NCBI GenBank assembly: GCA_018398765.1
Contig: JAHBMJ010000079.1
Location: 1-64,000 of the forward strand
DNA length: 64,000 bases
Source of the DNA: Chromera velia
Taxonomy: Eukaryota
Reading direction: 5' to 3'
In this document: positions 37,237 through 48,683 of the stretch, in pieces
Layout of the letters: each line of letters begins with the position of its first letter
Numbering within the stretch: position 1 is the stretch's first letter
The notes under the pieces: generated by a model
Told to the model about the DNA's origin: nothing
The model's database searches: none
Seen by the model: the letters and a program-made list of their open reading frames with translations, nothing else
Translations under genes and position numbers: made by a program

Positions 37237-38044
37237 TATCTGGTTAGGGACGGTATATGCCGGCCGTGCCCGGTCTTCAAGCACCGAGGCCTGGCCTGGT
37301 GCGTGCCTTGCCACATAGTAGCCCAGCTAGTCCTTCACAAGCTCTAAGCAGGCCGATACTAACCGATACTCGGCCGTTCAAGAAAGAACCGATAGTCGAT
37401 ACTTCAATACTGATACCGATACTGATACGATACGATATAATACCGATACGATAGCTATCCTTAGTTAACGGGTAGATGGGGTTAGACAAGGGGGCCTGAG
37501 GCGGCTGCCGGCCAGCCGGGCCAAGGGGGCAGACAAGGCCCGGGTTTAGGGCCGGGCAGGCCCGGCCGGGCTAGGCCGGCAGTTCAATCAGCCACTTATA
37601 GAGAGGAGGCGGGCGTGCATTGGTCGGCCAAAGCAGGAAGGCCAGTTCGGCCGGACCCATTGATAAATCGGATCCAACGCTAGATCCAGCGTCGAACGGT
37701 TAACTCGAACTTGAACCTACGTTTTCATTTTTAGTTTCCTAGTAAGTTTCACAATCTTTAGATTACTTTTCTATTTTTTAAAAAAGAAATTGTGTTTGAA
37801 AAATAAGAGAAAAGCGCCAAAAAACACTCAAACTAGCAATAAAACGCTGAAAAAATATGTAAAAACTCAAAATGCAGGTAAATGCAGGATCAAAAACTGC
37901 AAGTTTGTACTAATGAAAAGTGAACTTGTTTTTTAAGCTGCATGTTTTTAAACCTGATTCAGGTTCATTACTTCAACCTTAAACCTTTTCCTAGCACTAG
38001 TTGAGCCTGAGCTATAGAGTCTAAGATACTATCAATTAATTTTA

Positions 38045-38892
38045 CGCTGCAAGGACCTAGGAATTTAGAGGAATTTAGACAGGCGGGATCGAATCTTAGA
38101 CTAAAGGAATTTAATTAGATCTCTAAATTCCTAAACTTTGGAGGTCGATTTTTTATGAACAATGTTGTACATGTTAGAACTTGATATTAACAGTGCTTAT
38201 GAGCCTATATTAGGCTTATAACCTAGCTTATAACTAGGCTTATAAGCACCATTAAGATGAATGTTGGGGACCAGAAAGAATTCATGCACGCACGCCGAGC
38301 GATAAAGAAAGCGCGAGGCGGGACTAGAAAGAATTCATGCACGCACGCCGAGCGATAAAGAAAGCGCAAGGTGATGTCAGGCAATAAGCACCGCGCGCAC
38401 ATGCAGAGCGCTCATGCAGTTTGCAATGCATGCATGAATACATGGAAAAAGAAATACCACAGAAGTGAGTTCACACAAAACGGAATAACACAGAGACAGA
38501 ACAGACGTCAGAAAGACGGACACAGCAAATACAGAGGTGACATGCACTTAAGTGGACCGATACAGATGAATACCGTATTATATGCACAACGCGTACACGC
38601 ATGCCGTCTGACTGACCGATCGTATCTGTTCTGAGTAGCCAACCTGAAATCTCTCGATCTAGAAGGAGTTGAAAGATGAACGACCAGACGAACAGACCTT
38701 TGCGTAGATACACGTAAGTAGAAGTCGTAGTCCTATACGCTAGCCCTACGTATGCTCAACAATGAAGTTCTAACTCATCATAGTGCACGAGAAATTGACC
38801 TGCAAAATATTTGCCAAATTCCTCTAAATTCCTTTAGATTCCTAACTAAATGCCTCTAAATTCCTGTACAAAATTCTTAGGTCCTTGCAGGG
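38045..38892. mobile_element. MITE family F
   Basis: ta|cgctgcaaggacctaggaattt...aaattcttaggtccttgcaggg|ta. Subterminal ggaatttagag repeats and an internal ~42-bp duplication at ~38274-38367. Confidence 0.8.
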
Positions 38893-39078
38893 TAAAAAAG
38901 CAGTCATACGGTCTCATCATCATCCTAGACATCCTCATCATCATACGTCATCGCTACTATTATAGTATCGGCCCATGCCTAGGTCGCGCGGACTCCGCCT
39001 TGTGGCGGACGTCCTCCCTCTATGTCCCTCTAACTCTCTATATGTGAGTCCGTCAGGTCCGAACCATTCCTCTACTAG

Positions 39079-41502
39079 TCATTCCAATGATAGCCTAGGC
39101 ATTCGGGCTTCAAATGCCGTTCGCAAATCGGAACCTGAAAGGAGAAAGAGAGACGGCCGATGCTCCGACTGCAAAAACCTTTTCTGGCGGACAGAATCCT
39201 GAATACGAATACCAGGCGGCAAAATATGATCCATAAGGATCTCCTGAACCCTCTGACTTTCCTTCCCAACAGCAGACTGAAGGCTAAGGCGCCCCTTCCA
39301 ATCATACCAAGTAACTCCGTGGGGGTTTGAAACGAGGATTCCCCACTCACTAGCAGACCGGTCCCCCACCCCCAACTCATCTAGTGTCAACGCTCCCACT
39401 ACTGCATATGCATGCTGCCAAATGAGTCCTGTTTCATTAAAATTCGCAGCAGGGTGCATTGTTGCACTCCAGCTGCGTTCGGGCTCCATGGGTGTTGCCA
39501 CGGTCTCTGGAAATCCGCTTTTGAATGACGTCCCAATACGCTGGGCAGCCGAGAAACCGAGGCCCGGCGGCCCATACAAGAAAGCCCCATGGAAAGAAGA
39601 GGGACCAAAAAAGATTGACCGCTGGCGGTCTCCAGAAAACTGCCATCCTGCCTCCACCTTCTTGAAAGACCCCGTTAGTTTGGCCATCGCCTTCAGCAGC
39701 AAGACGGGCCAGAACGCGAGACGAGACGCGAGAAGACTGCCATCGTCTCGCAAAACACGCCACCACCTGAGGTTGGCGTATGTCAGTGTGATGACAGTGC
39801 AGGGATCATCCGCTGTGGCTGCCTTTTCTGCGCAGGGGTTGCAGGGGGTGACCAACCGTGTGTCTGCCTTTTTTGGTGCGGAGTGGTCGGATTCCGAAAG
39901 CTGTGTGTGTACGGGGATGAAATCGTCTACCACCACCAACCGCCACTCTTTTCGGCCCTCTGACCACAAACGCACAACACACAGTCCTGAATCAGCAAGA
40001 GTGTCTCCGAAGGGGAAAATTTCTCTCTGGAGATGAGAGCTGTCGGCAGCAACGAGACTCATGAGAAACGAAAGTATCTGACAGTTACCCAACCCATTCT
40101 GCATCACATCCGAAAAATGTGCAGTGTCAGCACATAGACCCCAGCCATTTTTGAACTTCATTTTCTTCGTCCCACCTTGCCTGCAGTGGTCTTCTCGCCC
40201 TCCCAGTTTCTGCACTACCTCGCTCGCTCTCATGACGGAATCCGTCTCAATGCGATCTTTCAGATCTTCCCCTTCGGGAGAGAACAGGGGGTCATAAAAC
40301 TTGACCCCGCGTTGCTGCAGTTGATCAAGGAAAAAACGCAGACGCTCACGATTTCTAGGAGTGTCTGGCAGCGACCCCTCCTCCCACGACACCGACCGAC
40401 TACCACCCTCAAACAGATCCAATACTGGGGCGGCGGTATATGACTCGGGTTTGGGCGGTGTGTGGATTTGCTGCTGCATCCCTTCTCCAAACGTCTCTCT
40501 CCAAAGACTAAGGCTCTCTCTACGGTCTCTATCCAAGATAGGGTCCAGTTCCTTTTCGGCCCACTCGATCAAATTCGGCCTCGTGGCGGCAGAGAGAAAC
40601 CACGTCTCCCGACCCCCCCAACCCCTCAGAAATGCCCGCAATGACTCAGAAGAAGACTCTTTCGGTCGTTCCTGTGACTTCTTCAACCTCCTCTCCCATC
40701 TCTTCCACAGGCTGTCGGAGGGGCTCGTTGACACGTACAGAGTTTCAAGGGTGCGCAGAAGGGTATCTGTCAGACACAAATTTCGGTATTCGACGCCTGC
40801 CTGCTCTGAGTCCAGCCTCAGGCATCGACTCTGTGCAGTACCCGCAAGAGCGTCAATAACCTCCGAGACGGAGACGCTCAGAGACAGACCGGGCAGGGGA
40901 CAGGATTTAACTTCCGTTTGTCCGTCCAGACCCGCACTCCCCTTTCCTTTTCCCACGTTCCTCTGTTCCTGAGAATCTATGTGTTGGCTTGGTGGGGCGA
41001 CACTGTCTGGCTGTCTCTCTGCTTCGAGTGAGTCTGTTGAATTGGCCACAGACAGAACCTCGGGCCCCTCTAACATGAGAGTGACCGTATAGGGGTCGAA
41101 GGAGAGAACTTCAGAGTCCCACAGTCCAGTCGAACTGCCGAAGGAGTCAATGGCATCGTCAGTGGAAAGAAATTGCTCATCCGGATCAGCCGCAAAAGAA
41201 CAAAAACTCAAAACACGTCGGTCCTGCAGCCTCAGAGACGGGTCAGGATCTGCAGGCGCGACCTCGAATGACACCACACTGATCTTTTGGGAGGGACCGA
41301 CGCCGTCTCTGCGGGGCTTCTCCAAACACCCCTCAAAGAAACGAATTGTGCTGCTACTGCTGAAACAGAGAGAGGACGCATGTGTGGAAAGCCGGCATCC
41401 ACCTTTCAAAACCCCTGCACTGGAGAAGGAAATGGCCGCTGACAAGAAAAGAGTGAACAGGCGGAAACTCATGGCAGAGACGGCGTGGAGATGGGCTGGC
41501 AC
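39079..41502 (-). CDS. Calpain-family cysteine protease (peptidase C2 catalytic domain) with N-terminal signal peptide, single exon
   Basis: 807-aa ORF with DVMQNGLGNCQILSFLMSL (catalytic Cys), VVVDDFIP, FWPVLLLKAMAKLTGSF, GLIWQHAYAV (His) and VSNPHG (Asn). N-terminus MSFRLFTLFLSAAISFSSAG. Confidence 0.88.
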   Translation of the reverse strand: MPAHLHAVSAMSFRLFTLFLSAAISFSSAGVLKGGCRLSTHASSLCFSSSSTIRFFEGCLEKPRRDGVGPSQKISVVSFEVAPADPDPSLRLQDRRVLSFCSFAADPDEQFLSTDDAIDSFGSSTGLWDSEVLSFDPYTVTLMLEGPEVLSVANSTDSLEAERQPDSVAPPSQHIDSQEQRNVGKGKGSAGLDGQTEVKSCPLPGLSLSVSVSEVIDALAGTAQSRCLRLDSEQAGVEYRNLCLTDTLLRTLETLYVSTSPSDSLWKRWERRLKKSQERPKESSSESLRAFLRGWGGRETWFLSAATRPNLIEWAEKELDPILDRDRRESLSLWRETFGEGMQQQIHTPPKPESYTAAPVLDLFEGGSRSVSWEEGSLPDTPRNRERLRFFLDQLQQRGVKFYDPLFSPEGEDLKDRIETDSVMRASEVVQKLGGREDHCRQGGTKKMKFKNGWGLCADTAHFSDVMQNGLGNCQILSFLMSLVAADSSHLQREIFPFGDTLADSGLCVVRLWSEGRKEWRLVVVDDFIPVHTQLSESDHSAPKKADTRLVTPCNPCAEKAATADDPCTVITLTYANLRWWRVLRDDGSLLASRLAFWPVLLLKAMAKLTGSFKKVEAGWQFSGDRQRSIFFGPSSFHGAFLYGPPGLGFSAAQRIGTSFKSGFPETVATPMEPERSWSATMHPAANFNETGLIWQHAYAVVGALTLDELGVGDRSASEWGILVSNPHGVTWYDWKGRLSLQSAVGKESQRVQEILMDHILPPGIRIQDSVRQKRFLQSEHRPSLFLLSGSDLRTAFEARMPRLSLE

Positions 41503-41956
41503 GATTTATTAGTCACCCAAGTCTTCTTGCCCCAGGCATGCCCCAGGCCGTCAATCTCGCGAAATCCCTTCTCACATGCAGCTGCCAGCAGTCTGCCACC
41601 ATCCTCACATGCAGGTACGGATCAGTTTGATGATGTGCGTGGATCCAGATCAAGGTCCTCCTGCATGTGATGTTCGAGAAAAACTCGTGGGGCCGTCTCA
41701 TGTCTGACGCACTCCGTGCGAATGGCCCGGAAAGCGAAATTAACTTTGTTCTCATCCGCTCTCATGTTGCGTTAAGTGCATGCCCTATAGCTCGATCTCT
41801 GCTCTATTTCCGGGGACATGCATCTGCGTGCATCAGATTTTTCAATCCGAGATAATCCGAGATTCACGACGACGATATGCGCGCAACTCTCACCTCAACT
41901 CTTTCTAAGTGCCCATCAGTTTCGCTTTCCAGGCCATGTACGTACGCGGTACACGG

Positions 41957-42666
41957 GATATATCCAACCAGTTGGGTGAGTATTTTAGGAGGCATTGGTA
42001 GATTTTGTCTTGAGGGTGCGTTACCGTGCATAGATGATTTGATTCAACGTGTAGGCTCATAACTGTGAAGTTGAGCAGGCGTGCATACGATCGGGAGACG
42101 GCGTACGCCGGGACTGACATGCCCTAGCTGGGCCCGGGATGCACGGCTCAGTCGGATTCATGTTGCAGAGTCGAATCAATTACATCCGATTGATCGTTTA
42201 AGATTGACTGACCTTTACACAGAAGTCAGAATCAGCCAATCATTCGGACTTCCTTGACTGACAGACTTTCCTATGAAGTAGATGTCCCTTCCCTGATCGT
42301 AGCCTAAGCCTCCTATATTCTACAGCAACCACGCACGTTTATGCAAGTGCGTGCAAGTACGTAATCTAAAGGTCCTGGCCTGTGTTCATGCCTAAGTTCA
42401 TGCAAGATCATCGAGCTGCCCTTTCAGACAAGTTTACGGTTCCGTACGAGTTATTTGAGGGGCACAGTTTTGATTTTGGCGACGCCGTAACAGACAGATA
42501 AACAGACTAAGACAGACAGATAGACAAACCAGGACAAACACCGAATACTAGTGAACATCCCTCCCAAAAAATGAAAAAATACGTTATGCAAGTGTATGCG
42601 ATCTCATGGTATGATTGGTATCTCATGGTCTCTCAATTGATCTAAGCAGAGCTGAGCTGCCCCCAG
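41957..42666 (-). mobile_element. Family A-related copy A4 with different interior
   Basis: Shares atccaaccagttgggtgagt and aaaaatgaaaaaatacgttatg...gcagagctgagctgccccc ends with A1-A3, but the middle differs. Confidence 0.7.
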
Positions 42667-43033
42667 CTGCTTCCCTACATCTTTCAAAGCGATATCATTT
42701 TTTCTTTTAAATTTGTTACGTGAATTAATGTATTTAGAACTTCCAAACCTAGTTTGAAACACTGTCAGAACTCCTCTATATCCCTGACACTATACAAACC
42801 AGTATTGAAGCCATTAATTTAAAACAGAAACTTTCAAGTTCATTCACGAATGCGACTTTCTCTTCCATAAAGTAATCTGCGTGCCTATGATGCGAACTTT
42901 CAATGTGACAAGTAAGCTAAGCGGGTAAGTTTCAAGACACTGTCTACGCCTGCTAAGCGTAGTTTATAGATACATACATACATTAAATTCTATTTATCAA
43001 GAATGTATATACTTATGTGTATCTGTATCTATG

Positions 43034-43173
43034 TACCCCCCTGACACTAAGCTATGAAATTTTTAGAATTGATCAAAATGCTATCATCTTCGGCAGCCTC
43101 CGGCCGCCTTCAATCAAGACTAAGACCATCTTCGGCAGCCTTCGATCAAGTGTAGCTTAGTGTCAGAGGGGTA
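43034..43173. mobile_element. Tiny MITE H (~140 bp)
   Basis: TACCCCCCTGACACTAAGCTA / TAGCTTAGTGTCAGAGGGGTA inverted repeats, flanked by tatctatg on both sides. Confidence 0.8.
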
Positions 43174-45494
43174 TATCTATGTATGTAATGTATGTAAACT
43201 ATATGTTTTAAAAGTTATTTTCAAAACCAAATTCCTGATAATGGCTAAGACAATGCCATTTAAGCATATTTAAGTTTCTATAGTTAAGTTTATATATAGT
43301 CAGTTTAGTAGTTGGTCTGTTAATAAACTGGTGACAAACATAGTGACAAACAAGGAGAGGATTTATATGCTAAGCTAGAAATTAAATTTAATTTTATTAA
43401 TTTTTATGCATAATTTCTAAAAGCTGACATAAAAAGTTCAAGTAAGACTATACGAAAGTGAATCCTGTAGGGTTGTACAATCATTTTTTTCAAATTTAAA
43501 TGTTTTGTTATACATAAAAATATTATAAATTTTAATAAAATTTTGATGAGTGAATTTAATTTGGTACATACTTTTAATTAGTGTGCATTAATATCACTTT
43601 TAGGAATGCATTATTACATACTTTAGTGTGTATTAATTATAGGTTTCATCTGCATGAAAGGATGCTTTATGAGACAAAGGTAAGCCAAAGTCTTAGAGGC
43701 TACAATAGTTTTCACTTTGAAGGTTTAACTTACTCATTTTTGTCTCTTGTCATCTCCCTGATTTTCTGTCGAATGCCGTCAAATGCTTGTGAACTATATT
43801 CGACTCTTTTTGACTAATTATTACACACTTTTAATTCTGTGTAACAAAGGGGGGGTCCGGGCTAATTGTTACACATTTAACTTTGTGTAACACTACAAAA
43901 TTCAAATTTGGTGTAAGTATGACAGCTGTCACTGAGCTAGACACCCAAAGAATTGAGAGAAAGAAGTAGATACCGAACTGCACGTAGGGCGTTGATGTTC
44001 AATGTTAAAAAGGCTAGGTAAGGAGATGACCAAAGAAAGGGGAGCTGATAAGAGGCCTACTTTGATCTAGGTGGTGGTTACCGAAGGAAGAGAGGTTAAT
44101 GGTATGAAACATAGGGAGTGAGGAGACGATCTCCCCATACTGGTTGAACGTTTTCAATTTCAAAAGGAAAGAAACTTTAAGGCGGAACACAACCGAACAA
44201 GATGGCACAACTGAGAAAAGGATATGCAGTGCATCTGCAGTTTGCAAAAAAATCATATGCGATTCGAGAATGAAGAAGCCATGAAGAGGCTTCTTTCAAG
44301 GTAAAAGTAAAGGACAACGTGTTGTGCCTTACTGGGGTACCCCTAAGAAGCTTTTCTATCAGTTTTTCACCATTGAATTAACTCTTGGGCTTTTGCGCCG
44401 TGACGCCTTTGGCTTTAAGGCTTTTGTGCACCAAGTTTTAAATTGACTAGGGCTTTTGTGCACTTCCAAGCATTCTTCATCATTCTTCTGTATTCCTACC
44501 CGAGGGGAAGTTACCTCCCTCTCACGTTCTACTCGTTAAATTTAAAAAGTGGCCGCAGAATTATTATAAATATTTACATAATCTTGAAACAAGGCGGCCG
44601 AAGGCCGCAGAAAAAAAAATGTATGTCTTGAAAGAAAGGGGCAGAATTTTGGAGATGTGGCGGCTGAAGGCCGCCGAAAATTATTTGGCAGCCTGATTGA
44701 CGCGCGCCCGCCGCTACCCGCCGCCCATGCATGGCCCCGGAAAGCGAAGTAGGGGGCACTTACCAAACGATCCCCTGAGCCCACACATGCATGCATGCAG
44801 CTTTCATAAAAAAAAGGCCCCGGAAAGCTCTGCTCCCGATTGCCTCAGAAAAGTGTACGTCAGATTAGGCCACGTGCGGCGGCGCTTGAAACCGATCGCA
44901 ATCCCCCCCCCCTCCCCGGCCTCTGCTTCTCTCTCTCTCGCAAAAGATGCGAAGAAGAAAAAGAAAGAAGAAGAGAAAGTCCCTCACCTTCCTCTTCCGA
45001 GAGAAGAAGAGAAGAAGGTTCTAGAGAAGGTGTAAAGAAGAGAAGGAAAGAAGAAGAGAAATAGAGAATCGTCGGTCCGTCTCCTTCTTACCAGCCTGCT
45101 TTTTTGCTTTCAGCACGTTCGTCTGCTTTTTGTTTCCCCGTCTCGTTCTTGCCTGCTTGCTGCTTTCCTTTCAACACGCTCGTCTGCATTTCATCTGCCC
45201 GTCTCCTGCTTGCCTGCTTGTTTTTTTCCTTCCAGTACGTCCGTCTACGTTCTGTCTGCCCGTCTCCTTGCTGCATGTTCGTTCTTTTCTTTTCAGTACG
45301 CTTGCCTCAGTTCTATCAGCCTGCATTGTGCCTGCCCGTCTCCTTTCCTCCAGGACGCTGGGCCGCATTTTGTCTGACCGCCTCGTTCTTGCGCGCATGC
45401 ATCTTTCCTTCCAGCATATCATCCTGTATTGTGTATTTCCGTCTCTTTTTGGCCGGCTTACTTCTATATTTCTAGCGTGCCCAGCTCAATTTTA

Positions 45495-45557
45495 TCCGTA
45501 AAGAGAGAGAAAGGGAAAGAAGAGAAAGACAGAACAGAGGGAGAGAAGAGAAACAGA

Positions 45558-45599
<42 letters not shown>

Positions 45600-45627
45600 G
45601 GAAAGAGAGAGTGAGCCAGAGAAAAAC

Positions 45628-45668
<41 letters not shown>

Positions 45669-45676
45669 GAGAGATG

Positions 45677-45707
<31 letters not shown>

Positions 45708-45778
45708 TATATCGTCTTTTCTGCACTTCACCTTTTCCGAATCGCTTCCTTCTTTCGGATAGACAGATAGACAGACAA

Positions 45779-45813
<35 letters not shown>

Positions 45814-46560
45814 CAGACAGACAGACAGACACAGACAGACAGACACAGACAGACAGACACAGACAGACAGACACAGACAGACAGACACAGACAGATAGAC
45901 ANNNNNNNNNNNNNNNNNNNNNNNNNNNNNNNNNNNNNNNNNNNNNNNNNNNNNNNNNNNNNNNNNNNNNNNNNNNNNNNNNNNNNNNNNNNNNNNNNNN
46001 NNNNNNNNNNNNNNNNNNNNNNNNNNNNNNNNNNNNNNNNNNNNNNNNNNNNNNNNNNNNNNNNNNNNNNNNNNNNNNNNNNNNNNNNNNNNNNNNNNNN
46101 NNNNNNNNNNNNNNNNNNNNNNNNNNNNNNNNNNNNNNNNNNNNNNNNNNNNNNNNNNNNNNNNNNNNNNNNNNNNNNNNNNNNNNNNNNNNNNNNNNNN
46201 NNNNNNNNNNNNNNNNNNNNACAGACAGACACAGACACAGACAGACAGACACAGACAGACAGACACAGACAGACAGACACAGACAGACAGACACAGACAG
46301 ACAGACACAGACAGACAGACACAGACAGACAGACCAGCAGACAGACAGACAGACACACACACATACACATACACACACACATACACACACACACACACAC
46401 ATACATACACATACAGACAGAGAGAGAGAGGGGGGGGGAGGGGGAGGGAAGGACAGACAGAGACAGAAACAGAAACAGAGACGTGAGAGAGAACGAGAGA
46501 GAGAAAGAAAGAGAGAGAGAGAGAGAGAGAGAAGAGAGAGCGCGAAAACGGGGGAGAGAG
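45495..46560. repeat. (AG)n/(ACAG)n microsatellite tract spanning assembly gap (N at 45902-46220)
   Basis: Direct inspection. Confidence 0.95.
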
Positions 46561-47285
46561 AAACCCCTTCTTTCTCTCCTTCTGTCCCGCATCTTATGGA
46601 TCTTTGTCTACGAAATCAAGAGCAATGAGATGATGGTCGTTGATCTTAAAATGGATGAACTCAACGTAGTGAACGTACTTTGAAGATTGCCATATAATAA
46701 ATGAAACTAATGTTCAAACCATAGTAAGCATTAAGGAGTCATTTGTTGATTAAGTCTCTGCATTAATGTTTTTTAATTCAATGACATAACAAGTTATAAA
46801 ATTTGTTGATAAATTTTTTTATAGATTTAGTCCTGTAAATTTAAGATCCATTATAAACATTTTTGTGGCTTTCTATATAAAAAATAAAGGATAGTTCATA
46901 TAAGAAAATTAATTATGTCACGGATTCAAATTTTCTTAAATTTAGTCTTCGTTCTACCGTATTTTTAAAGAAAAACATATCAAATCTTACATACGTCTAG
47001 ATAACGCCAGGTAACGCCTAGTAACGCCCCCACCCTGACTCTACCTGAGTCTACCCCTGACTGTATGTGAGTGCAACTTTCTGCGTGGCTTCAATCAGCT
47101 ACATATAGCGTGGCACTGCATGAACCAGTTATAATTTTTCTTGCTTTCCGGGGCCGTTCGTAAGCTTGCTTGCATCAGATGCAGAGGCCGGCCGCGCGCC
47201 AACTGCATGCATGCAGAGGGCGCGCGCCGAGACGCTCGGGGTCATGCACTTTTCCATGCATGCAGGCGAAATTTCTGTGCGCATA

Positions 47286-48648
47286 CCCTGGACATTAATT
47301 TGTGGGCCCTTTTCTAAGCCACACCGCCGGAGCGCCGCGCATTGATGCTCGTCTACCAATACAGATGCAACATGCATGCAATGAAGATTACATGCATACA
47401 TCTGATCATTGCATGCCATCTCTACTGAGGTCTTTTTTTCACGCTCCTGTTGTGATCTCTACTGTCAGTGAGAGAGGTTAAGAAGAAAAATGAAAGTCCA
47501 AACCCCCATCTGGAAGACTTATCCGGTAGATCTCGAGCTTTAGAGCCCTAAAGGAGCCAATTTTTTTTTTTTGCGGCCGCCCTGAAGCTGGGCAGGGGGG
47601 ATTGCGGCTTCGTTGCCTGTAAGCAACAATGTGCACACTTCCTCCTTTGTTAATTGAGATCTGGAGGTCGATTCAAAAGGAAGCAGAGGCTGTGTGGATA
47701 GACAGAGCACTTCTTGTGCAAGTGTTAGAAGAGAGAAATGAGAAGTTTGCTTGTAGGAAAGTGAAAGCGGGAGACTTTGTGCCGTATGTCATTACAGGCA
47801 CCACTGACGAGGGGACTTTCAGAGTGTGGGCAGGGTTACAGAAAGCGGGCCCCCGAGATGGGGAGAAGAGGGCTTACACGATTGCTAAGCATCGCGTGTG
47901 GGGGATTCCCAGCCGATACAATTTTAAATTTCATTTCTCTGCAGAATGGGGGAGAGATTGGGTAAAATGCATGAAGAGAGCGACAGTCCGTCTCTATGTG
48001 GTGGATGTTGTTAAGACAGAGGAAGCAGGGTTGAAGGCAGAAACGGATTGGACACTTAGATTGACAGCTGCTCTCTGGGGTGAGGGAATAGTGACCAAGG
48101 CACGGCCTCAGTTAAAGCACACACCAGTGAAAGGATCTTTTTTCAGTAAGTTTCACAGCGGGGAGACAGAACTACACACAGTGGAAACCCTTCTTTGAGT
48201 CTGGGGTCCTGAATGGAGGGATCTCTTGATAAATGAGCAAGGTATGTGGATGGGAGAGCTGAAACTCTTATAGTTGCACGTAAAAGCCTTATGTTTTAAA
48301 TGTGAAGGCCCCCTTAGAGTCTGCGGGGGAGTCCGGAGATGTAACAGAATGCTTCCTTCCGCTGAGACTGAGCCTTTCAGGCCGGCTCATCGCCCTGTTA
48401 TGCAGTGTGAAATCTGTTGTGCAAACCCCACACACACCCCTTGCTTTGGAGATGAGCGGTGCACCCAGGGAGAGAACAGAGAAATCAGACTTTGTGTCGC
48501 AAATTGCAAGGAAAAAAAAGTTTCATGTCAATGTTAAATGACAGTAAATGATTTGAAAAGCAAATTTTCTCCAGGACCAGATTTTTTTAAAGTTGAATGC
48601 ATCTATAACTTAGTTTTTATAAAAATGCACACAAATTAATGTCCAGGG
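47286..48648. mobile_element. Long member of TIR family B (B3, 1363 bp) carrying a coding cargo
   Basis: Perfect TIRs CCCTGGACATTAATTTGTG / CACAAATTAATGTCCAGGG flanked by TA; interior unrelated to B1/B2. Confidence 0.9.
47629..48537 (+). pseudogene. Predicted GIY-YIG-like nuclease + PHD-type zinc finger (SLX1-like architecture), two premature stops
   Basis: ORFs 47629-48198 and 48274-48537 are in the same frame, separated by TGA and TAG (each one C>T from CGA/CAG). Motifs VPYVI...VWAG...SRYNFKFH...GRDWVK...GLKAETDWT and CFKC...MQCEICCANPTHTPC...CVANC. Confidence 0.55.
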
Positions 48649-48683
48649 TATGCGCGTATATGTTTTTTCCACCGGGCCCGTTT

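Larger units (their letters stand above)
33094..37463. mobile_element. hAT-like non-autonomous element D nested in E
   Basis: TIRs TAGGGATAGCTATCGTATCG / CGATACGATAGCTATCCTTA. 8-bp TSD gttaacga/gttaacgg. (atcgt)n subterminal repeats at both ends. Confidence 0.85.
32686..37999. mobile_element. hAT-like non-autonomous element E (outer shell of nested cluster)
   Basis: TIRs taaggctaggaaaaggttta / taaaccttttcctagcacta. Perfect 8-bp TSD gttgagcc (32678-32685, 38000-38007). Subterminal gaacc/ggttc repeats. Confidence 0.8.

Noticed and set aside
43818..43895. Two tandem ttacaca...tgtgtaac palindromes
   Set aside because: No partner terminus or TSD found, so no element can be defined
45472..46592. 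Long ORFs across the N run
   Set aside because: Artefacts of microsatellites and the assembly gap
47629..48537. Fanzor/TnpB or DDE transposase interpretation of the B3 cargo
   Set aside because: No RuvC D-E-D spacing or DDE motif seen; motifs fit GIY-YIG + PHD better, pending HMM confirmation
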